NCBI GenBank assembly: GCA_038045705.1
Contig: JBBSXO010000003.1
Span: forward strand, 64,001-128,000
From: Nanobdellota archaeon
Lineage (GTDB): Archaea > Nanobdellota > Nanobdellia > Pacearchaeales > GW2011-AR1
Direction: 5' to 3'
DNA: 64,000 bases
Numbering within the stretch: the first letter of the stretch is position 1; every line of letters starts with the position of its first letter. The translations under genes and the position numbers were made by a program. Below are positions 46,661 through 55,330 of the stretch, piece after piece. The notes below the pieces were generated by a model. That model saw only the letters and a program-made list of their open reading frames with translations, did no database searches and was not told the DNA's origin.

Positions 46661-48311
46661 ATCAAAAAGAAAGCCAGTTAGCAAACACAAACATAGCAAG
46701 AGCATTGTAAAAAGGATTAAAAATCATAGCAATAACTTTAAGATAAATAAAGAACATGATGAAAAAAAAGAAATTCATAAACCTCAGAAGCATGTTTTAT
46801 TATTAAAAAGTAAATCCAAAAAAGAATCAAGCAATGAAACAAACTATGTTATAGAAGTAGATGGAGCAGAAGTTACTATAGATATAAAAAAACAAGATGA
46901 TAATTATATTTACAGCATAAATTTACCAAAGTTTAACATTGGCACAGAATCACTTATAAAATATGTAAAAAATGAACTAATAACTAGCGCCACCATTAAT
47001 CTTCAAGAAATGTCAGAACAAGAATCTTTTGTAAAAATGAAACAAAGATTCCTAGGAGAAATAAATTCTTTATTGAAAGAAAAGCTACCAAATATAGAAC
47101 CAGAAACAGAAAAGACAATTGCAGGAATGCTTATGCAAGATATGTTGGGTCTTGGAGAAATAGAATTCTTAATTAACGACCCAAACTTAGAAGAGATAGT
47201 AATTCAATCTTCTAAAGAACCAATAAGAGTTTATTCTAAAAAATATGGTTGGTTAAAAACAAATATTTTCATACCAACAGAAGATAGCATAATTAACTAT
47301 GCGAATATCATAGCTAGAAGAGTCGGTAGGCAAATCACAGTACTAGACCCTTTATTAGATGCTCACCTCTTAACTGGAGATCGTATAAATGCCGTTCTCT
47401 ATCCCATAAACTCAAAAGGAAGCACAATAATAATAAGAAAATTTTCAAGAGATCCATATACAATAATAGATTTAATAAAAAATAAGACTTGCAATTTAGA
47501 CATAGCTTCCCTTTTATGGCTCGCAGTAGAATATGAGATGAACATACTTGTTTCTGGGGGAACTGCGTCAGGAAAGACTTCTTTCTTAAATGCTTTTATG
47601 CCATTCATACCACCAAACCATAGAATAATTAGTATAGAAGATACAAGAGAATTAGTCTTACCAGACTTTCTTTATTGGAATCCATTAGTAACTAGGACTT
47701 CAAATTCTGAAGGAAAAGGAAAAGTAACGATGCTAGATTTATTAATTAACTCATTACGTATGAGGCCAGATAGAATTATCTTAGGAGAAATGAGAAAACA
47801 TGAAGAAGCAATGGTTCTTTTTGAAGCAATGCACACAGGACACTCTGTTTATGCAACACTTCATGCAGACTCTGCTCCAGAGACAATATCTAGATTAACA
47901 AATCCTCCAATTGATATTCCAGCAAACTTACTCAAAGCAGTTAACCTCAATGTAGTAATGTTTAGAGATAGAAAAAAAGGAATAAGAAGAATATTACAAG
48001 TAGCAGAGTTTGATACAGAAGGAGATAGAGCAACAGCAAACATAATATACAGATGGGTCCCTGAAAAAGATCAAATAATTGAACATAGAGAGAGTATGAG
48101 ATTTTTTGAAGACTTGAGTAGACATACAGGCCTCTCAGAAATAGAGATAAAGAAAGAGTTAGAAGAAAGAAAGAAGATATTAGATTGGTTAATAAAAAAT
48201 AATTTGCGTTCAATTAAAGAAGTTGGAAATACTATAGAATTATTCTATCAAGACAAACCAAGTTTAACTGAAATAATGCGTAAAAATGATATTACCAAAA
48301 TCAAAGAATGA
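46638..48311 (+). CDS. type II/IV secretion (TadA/CpaF-like) assembly ATPase
   Basis: GGTASGKT, IEDTREL, LRMRPDRIILGE, TGH..TLHA. Confidence 0.95.
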   Translation: MKKHLKYKSKRKPVSKHKHSKSIVKRIKNHSNNFKINKEHDEKKEIHKPQKHVLLLKSKSKKESSNETNYVIEVDGAEVTIDIKKQDDNYIYSINLPKFNIGTESLIKYVKNELITSATINLQEMSEQESFVKMKQRFLGEINSLLKEKLPNIEPETEKTIAGMLMQDMLGLGEIEFLINDPNLEEIVIQSSKEPIRVYSKKYGWLKTNIFIPTEDSIINYANIIARRVGRQITVLDPLLDAHLLTGDRINAVLYPINSKGSTIIIRKFSRDPYTIIDLIKNKTCNLDIASLLWLAVEYEMNILVSGGTASGKTSFLNAFMPFIPPNHRIISIEDTRELVLPDFLYWNPLVTRTSNSEGKGKVTMLDLLINSLRMRPDRIILGEMRKHEEAMVLFEAMHTGHSVYATLHADSAPETISRLTNPPIDIPANLLKAVNLNVVMFRDRKKGIRRILQVAEFDTEGDRATANIIYRWVPEKDQIIEHRESMRFFEDLSRHTGLSEIEIKKELEERKKILDWLIKNNLRSIKEVGNTIELFYQDKPSLTEIMRKNDITKIKE

Positions 48312-49189
48312 CATTTCATATACCTTTTACAATAGCATCATTGAATAGACTTAAAATAAAGTCTAAAAAATATTCAAAGATATTTTCAGTCAAAAAAGAT
48401 TCAAAACTTAAAGATTATATCGATAAAGCAGAAGTGGAAATATCAAGAGAAGAATATCTTGGAATAGTGGTCAGAAGTTCATTAATGTTTTTCACAATAA
48501 CTTACGTTTTTTTAAGTACTATAATCGCTTTATTAAATCAAGGAAATCCGTTTCTAGTACCTCTAATTCCAGCTTTATCAGTAGGAATATTTACATCTTT
48601 TAGTCAGATAAATTACCCAAAAATACTAGCTGATAAACAACAAAAAGGAATAGAAAGAAATCTTCTTCCTGCAATGGAAGATATATTGATACAATTAAGC
48701 TCGGGAGTGCCATTATTTACAATTTTGGTAAATGTTTCGTCATCTGGTTATGGTCAATTAAGCATAGAATTCAAAAAGGCAGTAAAAAAAATTAATGCAG
48801 GTTTACCTCAAATAGAAGTAATAGATGAAATGGGTAAAAAAAATCATTCTATACTATTTAGAAAAGCATTATGGCAAATAAGCAATGGAATGAAAGCAGG
48901 AAGCAATATAACTGAAGTAGTTAGAGATATTATTCACTCCCTAAACGAAGAACAATATTTGCAATTGCAAACATATGGAAATAAACTAAATCCATTAATA
49001 ATGTTTTACATGCTGACTTCAATAATTTTACCTGCACTCGCCATAACGTTCCTTACAATAATCTCTTCAGTTGTAAATTTACCTGAAGCGACTACAATAG
49101 GTATGTTCGTAGGATTATATATAATGTCTGTGCTAGTACAAATAATGTTCCTTGGAGCAATAAGAACAGCTAAACCAAGTCTAATATAA
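48308..49189 (+). CDS. T2SSF/TadB-C membrane platform protein
   Basis: LLPAM..QLSSGVPL..YGQLS.EF. Confidence 0.9.
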   Translation: MTFHIPFTIASLNRLKIKSKKYSKIFSVKKDSKLKDYIDKAEVEISREEYLGIVVRSSLMFFTITYVFLSTIIALLNQGNPFLVPLIPALSVGIFTSFSQINYPKILADKQQKGIERNLLPAMEDILIQLSSGVPLFTILVNVSSSGYGQLSIEFKKAVKKINAGLPQIEVIDEMGKKNHSILFRKALWQISNGMKAGSNITEVVRDIIHSLNEEQYLQLQTYGNKLNPLIMFYMLTSIILPALAITFLTIISSVVNLPEATTIGMFVGLYIMSVLVQIMFLGAIRTAKPSLI

Positions 49190-50073
49190 TGAAACCAAAA
49201 AAAAGAATAAACATTACTACAATACTTATCATTTCATTAGTCTTATCTCTATTAACATATTACCTAACTAATAGTGTCTTAAAATCTATAATAGTCTTAA
49301 TTTCTACAGCAGTTATAATTTTCACATATATATCTACAAGGAAAAAATTAATAGAATCTCAAAAGATAAGAATGATGGAAATTGTTTTTCCAGATTTTTT
49401 ACAACTAATTTCAAGTAACCTCAAAGCTGGAATCACTATAGATAAAGCAATAGTAATTAGCTCAAGAAAAGAGTTCTCTCCACTAGATGAGCAAATTAAC
49501 CAGTTTGGTAGAGATATAGTAACTGGAAAACCTGTAGAGATAGCCATGAAAGAAATGTCTATAAGAATAAATTCAGAAAAAATAAGTAAAACAATAAACT
49601 TAATTATAACTGGTATGCGTTCAGGAGGAAATCTAGCTACATTACTTGAGCAAACATCTGCTAATTTAAAGGAAAGACAATATGTAGAAAAAAGAGCTGC
49701 TTCAAACATAATAATGTACATAATACTTATTTTATTTGCAGTAGGAATAGGAGCCCCAATATTATTTAGTCTTTCAACTGTTCTAGTAAGCGTACTAACT
49801 AAAATACTAGGAAATATTCCAGAAATTCAAACTTCTGTGGCAACACCATTTGCATTTACAAGCATAAATCTATCTTCAGCATTTATAACATATTTTGCAG
49901 TATTTTTTATAATAACAATAGATGTTCTTGGATCAATGGTAATCGGACTTGTTCAAAAAGGAGAAGAGAGAGAAGGACTAAAATATGCTATACCTCTGAT
50001 AGCACTAAGTCTTACAATGTTCTTTTTATTGAAGATAGTATTAGCAAGTTATTTCTCAAGAATACTAGGCTAA
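49189..50073 (+). CDS. T2SSF/TadB-C membrane platform protein
   Basis: FPDFLQLISSNLKAG, SGGNLATLL. Confidence 0.9.
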   Translation: MKPKKRINITTILIISLVLSLLTYYLTNSVLKSIIVLISTAVIIFTYISTRKKLIESQKIRMMEIVFPDFLQLISSNLKAGITIDKAIVISSRKEFSPLDEQINQFGRDIVTGKPVEIAMKEMSIRINSEKISKTINLIITGMRSGGNLATLLEQTSANLKERQYVEKRAASNIIMYIILILFAVGIGAPILFSLSTVLVSVLTKILGNIPEIQTSVATPFAFTSINLSSAFITYFAVFFIITIDVLGSMVIGLVQKGEEREGLKYAIPLIALSLTMFFLLKIVLASYFSRILG

Positions 50074-50103
50074 GTTAAGTTTTTATAATCAAATCAACAA
50101 TTC

Positions 50104-50889
50104 ATGTATATGAAAAAGAGTGTGAAAAAAGAGATAAAGAAAAAGATCAAAAAACCAACTAAAAAAGTAAATAGAAAAGGTAAATATGACTGTATAAGAA
50201 TATCAACTGGAATAAATGGATTTGATAAACTTATTGAAGGAGGACTTGAAAAAAATTCAACAAATCTAGTCGTAGGTGGACCAGGAAGTGGAAAAACAAT
50301 TCTTGCCACACAATTTATAGTTGATGGTCTAAAAAATGGAGAAAGTTGTTTATATATAACATTTGAAGAAAGTAAACAATCTTTTTACCATAATATGAAA
50401 AGATTTTCATGGCAGTTAGAAGAATATGAAAAAAAAGGGCTTTTCACGTTTCTTAATTACACTCCTGGAAAAGTAAAAAGCATGTTAGAGGAAGGCGGAG
50501 GAATAATTGAAAGTATTATTATAAACAATAAAATATCAAGACTAGCCATAGATAGTATGACTTCTTTTACATTATTATTTGAAGATGAATTAGAAAAAAG
50601 GGAAGCTTCTTTAGATTTATTTAATATGATAAAGAAATGGAACTGCACATCATTAATTACATTTGAAGGTACTCCAGAAGGAGAACATAAAGTGTATAGA
50701 GCATTAGAATTTGAATCAGATTCAATAATCTTAATGCAGTTCATAAGAAAAATTGTTTCAAGAGAAAGATATATAGAAATTTTGAAGATGCGTGGAACAA
50801 ATCACTCAAAAGGACTTTATAGATTCTCAATAACAAAAAAAGGAATAGAACTAAGCACAAATCCGATAAAGTCAATAAAAGAGGCTTAA
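50104..50889 (+). CDS. single-domain KaiC/RAD55-like ATPase
   Basis: STGINGFD, GGPGSGKT, TFEE, IDS, LKMRGT. Confidence 0.92.
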   Translation: MYMKKSVKKEIKKKIKKPTKKVNRKGKYDCIRISTGINGFDKLIEGGLEKNSTNLVVGGPGSGKTILATQFIVDGLKNGESCLYITFEESKQSFYHNMKRFSWQLEEYEKKGLFTFLNYTPGKVKSMLEEGGGIIESIIINNKISRLAIDSMTSFTLLFEDELEKREASLDLFNMIKKWNCTSLITFEGTPEGEHKVYRALEFESDSIILMQFIRKIVSRERYIEILKMRGTNHSKGLYRFSITKKGIELSTNPIKSIKEA

Positions 50890-51372
50890 ATGAAAAGTAA
50901 AAAAGCCCAAGCATGGGGTTTTGATATGATAGTTGGTACTGGAATATTTATACTAGGAATAACAGCTTTTTTCCTATATACTGTAAATTATCCAACAGGG
51001 GAACAAGAAAAGCTAGATGACTTAATTTATGAAGGAAATATTATAGGGTCTAATCTATTATCTGAAGGCTTTCCAGCAGATTGGACAGTTTCAACAGTAT
51101 CGAAAATAGGTTTGTTATCTGATAAGATAATAAATCAAAGTAAACTTGAAGAATTTAATACTTTAGCATCATCAGAATATGGAAGAACAAAAGCGATATT
51201 TGGAATAAAATACAATTATTTTATTAATTTTTCAGAACCAATACAAATATCTGGGTCAAACATAGAAGGCATAGGACTTACTTCAGAAAATAAGAACAAC
51301 AACATAAAAGTATCAAGAGTTTCAATATATCAAAATAAACCAATCACTATAGATATACAAATATGGGACTAA
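50890..51372 (+). CDS. minor pilin
   Basis: KKA/QAWGFD class III-like signal; LLSEGFPADW. Confidence 0.85.
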   Translation: MKSKKAQAWGFDMIVGTGIFILGITAFFLYTVNYPTGEQEKLDDLIYEGNIIGSNLLSEGFPADWTVSTVSKIGLLSDKIINQSKLEEFNTLASSEYGRTKAIFGIKYNYFINFSEPIQISGSNIEGIGLTSENKNNNIKVSRVSIYQNKPITIDIQIWD

Positions 51373-54300
51373 AAAGCAAGAAAGGGATTTTTTTCAGCAT
51401 AGATGCACTAATAGCATTAATGATAATTTTTATAGTAATTTTAGTAGCTATACCCAACATAAAACAAAACAAAATAGAATCAAAAATTGATGAAGATATT
51501 CTGATAGGGTTGTCATCAATAAGCGCAGAAGAATTTGATAATAATTATGTACGATCACTTATAACTTTAGGAATAATAACTGATCCAAACAAATCATTAT
51601 TAGAACAAATAGGCAACTTTTATGTAACAAATAGAACAATAGCTTCAAATATAGCAGATGAATTCCTCTCAACAATAAAAACAAAAGATAATGTAGGAAT
51701 ATGGCTAGAAAATAATTTAGTATCTTCAAAAAACGCAACATCTATAGAAAGTGCAAGACAAATAGAAACATCAAGACAGATAATAAGTGGAGTTATGTTA
51801 GGTCAAAACATAACTGGTTACTCTGCAAGAGCTTTTCTATCAAGCAATATAAGAAACGCGTATAGCTATTTTGGAGGATATGTAGGTGATGGAAACATAA
51901 CCCTTGTTTTAGATTATAATGGTACTATAAATGACGCTGAACTTGAACTTGCTTCAAACAAAGATTTTCAGTTATATATTAATGGAATATATGCTGGAAA
52001 TCATACAAAATCTCCATCAGTAACAAGTCCATCAACTTATGATTTATCGAACCACCTAAATAAATTTGGAAGTGGAACAAATAATTTAGAATTCATTGCA
52101 AAAGATTTATACATTGCAGGAGGATTTCTAAAGGTAAAATATGAATCAATACCAACAACAACTCAAAAAAGGCAATATTTTCAAGGAATACAAGGTCTAA
52201 TTAATTTATATGACGGTCTATTCATACCTGGAACGCCAACATCTATAGATGTAAATCTTGACTTGCAAAGCAATTTTACAACATTTCTAAACATTGGAAA
52301 TGTAACTATATTCAATGGAACAACAAATGGTAGGCAGACTATAACCGTTCCAAATTCTCAATTATCCACTACTTTAAATTATAATCAACTTGCAAATAAA
52401 ACTACTCCGATAAGATTAGGATTAAAAAATGTCTCTTTAATTTACTCAGGTCAAAGATTTGATATAATTTCAGTAGTTGATTTATCCGGAAGTATGGAAA
52501 ATAACTGCCCAGGTGGGAGTGCAAATCCAGGAGAGACTCCTTGTAAAATAAATGACGCAAAAAATTCTACAGACGAATTAATAAATACAATTCTTAACAT
52601 TTCAGGAAATAGAGTTGCTTTAGTTGGATTTGAAGATTATTCAAAAAAAGCAGACTTTCATAATTTATCAAATAATAGTCAAACACTAAGAAACATAGCA
52701 AATAATGTGTGGAATGCTGGCGGATCTACTTGTATTTGTTGTGGAATTCTAAAAGCAAATAGTTGTTTTGATGAGAAAATATTTTATGATGGATTCAATA
52801 ATCAAACAGCTGGTACTGATCCAATAGGCTGGACAGTAAACCAAGGATCATCAATAATAGATATAACAACTCAAAGTTTAGAAGGAAATAGAGGATTAAT
52901 GGTAGCAAGAACCACTTCTACTAATCCAGCATTACTGCACACATTTAATCCTCAACAAGATAAGATAAAAGTAGAATTTCTAGCTAGACACGATACAGGT
53001 ACTGGTCGCCTTAGATTTGAATTGGAAGGATTAGATAATGCTCTAAATTACCAAGATTATGTTATAATTAAAATGTATGGAGGATTTATTAGAAACAATG
53101 ACAATCAAGTGACTCCTTATATATTAAATAGAACATATAAAATTGGGATAGAAATAACACCTAATAGCAATTCTTATAGTTTATATATAAATGACACTCT
53201 TGTCAACTCTAACCTTCCCGTAATTTCAACATACAGCAATATAGCAAGATTAAGATTTTCTACAGAAAGCGCAACGATAAATTACAAGTTAGATGGAATC
53301 AACATATCATTAACAAAAAAACTTTGTGATAGTTCAATAAATCGCACACGAGAAATGATAGTTATGAGTGATGGAGAGCCAAACAGAGCGTGCGGTTTAG
53401 ACCCATCCCCTGATTGGGATGGAGATGGCACAACCATAGGGGACCCTCAAGACCAAGCAATTCAAGCAGCTTGCATCGCAAAGACAAACTATAACATTAC
53501 AGTTCATTCAATAGCTCTTGATATTAATAATGGTAGTTTAGCAGAACAAACAATGCAAGGAATTGCAGCGTGTGGAAATGGAGGATTTTATGCAAGTAAT
53601 GTAACTCAATTAACTCAAATTTACAATCAGATAACTAGAAGCATATTAGCAGGTTACAGTGCACAAACATTTAACACAACAAACCCTCAACAATCAAGAC
53701 TTTATCCAAATTCTTACATTTCTTTAAATTATCAAGAAACACAAGATTTATTTGGAATACCAATCACCATAGAAATCCCATTTTCTAATTCAATGAATGT
53801 TAATTTCAGTATTCCATCTGAATCAACACCCATATATATGACAGCAATATCTTATTCAGGAGACAAATGGACGAATAAAGTAGTATTAAACAACGAGACA
53901 GTCTACAATTTGAGTTTTTACGGTACAAACTACATAGAATTAGGAGATCCTTATGCAATAAGAATAGATCCTAATAAACTAAGAGAAAACAATTCACTAT
54001 CAATTACAACTGCAACAAGTTCAGGAGGCAATGAAACATATTCTGCGAACAACAAAATAATTTACACTGTGCTCAAAAACATATCTGCATATTCTCCGAT
54101 AAGTGCAAATAGAGACGGATGCAATTGGGAAGTTTATTTCGAGGATAATACAAACATAAGCATATTAATACCCCAAAACTATACGGGTGTTAACTCCTGC
54201 ATATATTCTCCCATATCTATAATTTATGATTCTAATGATGCTATGCAAACAGCAGTATATAATTTATTTAGACAACTAGATTTAGATTTAGATGGAAGAA

Positions 54301-54404
54301 TAGACTTCTTATTCCGTCAAAATGAAGTAACAATAGACACAACAGATATTCAAGGAATCCCATTCCCATGGTCAACGGAGATACAAATAAGAAGATGGGT
54401 ATAA
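51363..54404 (+). CDS. large pilin-like adhesin with vWA domain
   Basis: KKG/IFFSID signal; MIDAS DLSGS...T...MSDG. Confidence 0.88.
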   Translation: MGLKSKKGIFFSIDALIALMIIFIVILVAIPNIKQNKIESKIDEDILIGLSSISAEEFDNNYVRSLITLGIITDPNKSLLEQIGNFYVTNRTIASNIADEFLSTIKTKDNVGIWLENNLVSSKNATSIESARQIETSRQIISGVMLGQNITGYSARAFLSSNIRNAYSYFGGYVGDGNITLVLDYNGTINDAELELASNKDFQLYINGIYAGNHTKSPSVTSPSTYDLSNHLNKFGSGTNNLEFIAKDLYIAGGFLKVKYESIPTTTQKRQYFQGIQGLINLYDGLFIPGTPTSIDVNLDLQSNFTTFLNIGNVTIFNGTTNGRQTITVPNSQLSTTLNYNQLANKTTPIRLGLKNVSLIYSGQRFDIISVVDLSGSMENNCPGGSANPGETPCKINDAKNSTDELINTILNISGNRVALVGFEDYSKKADFHNLSNNSQTLRNIANNVWNAGGSTCICCGILKANSCFDEKIFYDGFNNQTAGTDPIGWTVNQGSSIIDITTQSLEGNRGLMVARTTSTNPALLHTFNPQQDKIKVEFLARHDTGTGRLRFELEGLDNALNYQDYVIIKMYGGFIRNNDNQVTPYILNRTYKIGIEITPNSNSYSLYINDTLVNSNLPVISTYSNIARLRFSTESATINYKLDGINISLTKKLCDSSINRTREMIVMSDGEPNRACGLDPSPDWDGDGTTIGDPQDQAIQAACIAKTNYNITVHSIALDINNGSLAEQTMQGIAACGNGGFYASNVTQLTQIYNQITRSILAGYSAQTFNTTNPQQSRLYPNSYISLNYQETQDLFGIPITIEIPFSNSMNVNFSIPSESTPIYMTAISYSGDKWTNKVVLNNETVYNLSFYGTNYIELGDPYAIRIDPNKLRENNSLSITTATSSGGNETYSANNKIIYTVLKNISAYSPISANRDGCNWEVYFEDNTNISILIPQNYTGVNSCIYSPISIIYDSNDAMQTAVYNLFRQLDLDLDGRIDFLFRQNEVTIDTTDIQGIPFPWSTEIQIRRWV

Positions 54405-55330
54405 AAAACAGAAAAGGAATATTTTTCACCTTAATAGTTATAGCTGCAATATCGCTCTTTTTAATAAGTTATACATTCTACAGCAATTATGGTGAAAGAG
54501 GTAAAACTCATGATAGAATTAATACACTAAACACCTTTATATTTTCAATCGAAGAAAATTTAGAAAGGCAGATATTTATTTCAGGGTTCAGGTCACTTTT
54601 CGTAATGCAAACAGAATCAATTGAGCAAGGAGCCTATATTCAAAACGCAACATATTCATTAAATGAATTATTTTTCAATGGAAGTTACAACAATGTCGAA
54701 CAACCTATAATGATTGGTGCAACTTTCTCAGATATACAAGATGAAATACAACAAAAAGCAAACAAGGTAAATGCATATATCACTTTAAACAATCCATCTA
54801 TATCTCTAACTCAATCAGATCCATGGAACATAGATATTATTTTTAATGTCAACCTTGATGCACAAGATCAAGGAAGATTAGTAACATGGAATAAGACTCA
54901 AAGCTATATTTCAAAGATACCAATAAAAGATTTTGAAGATCCATTATATTTATTAAGCACTGGAGGGACAGTTACTAATAGGATAGAAAAGACCCCATTT
55001 GCAAATTTCTCAAATGGTTCTAGTTTAACAAATCTAAACAGTCACATAACAAACAGATATTATAAATCAAACAGTCAGGCTCCAAGTTATCTAAATAGAT
55101 TACAAGGTTCTAACGCAGCTAGTGAATTTGGAATAGAATCATTAATACATATCCCACAATTATCTAATCAAGGAATAAATATTCAAGATAAAACTGTAGT
55201 GGACTACATTTATTTTTCAATATCTACCCCAATTTCATGTAGGATAACTGGAATGCCGTCATGGTTCAAAATAGATCAAGCACATTTAACAGATTACCAA
55301 TTAAACGGTCTGGAACACAGCTGTAATTAA
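54395..55330 (+). CDS. minor pilin-like protein (start MGIK)
   Basis: RKG/IFFT signal; FEDPLY, APSYLNRL. Confidence 0.85.
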   Translation: MGIKNRKGIFFTLIVIAAISLFLISYTFYSNYGERGKTHDRINTLNTFIFSIEENLERQIFISGFRSLFVMQTESIEQGAYIQNATYSLNELFFNGSYNNVEQPIMIGATFSDIQDEIQQKANKVNAYITLNNPSISLTQSDPWNIDIIFNVNLDAQDQGRLVTWNKTQSYISKIPIKDFEDPLYLLSTGGTVTNRIEKTPFANFSNGSSLTNLNSHITNRYYKSNSQAPSYLNRLQGSNAASEFGIESLIHIPQLSNQGINIQDKTVVDYIYFSISTPISCRITGMPSWFKIDQAHLTDYQLNGLEHSCN

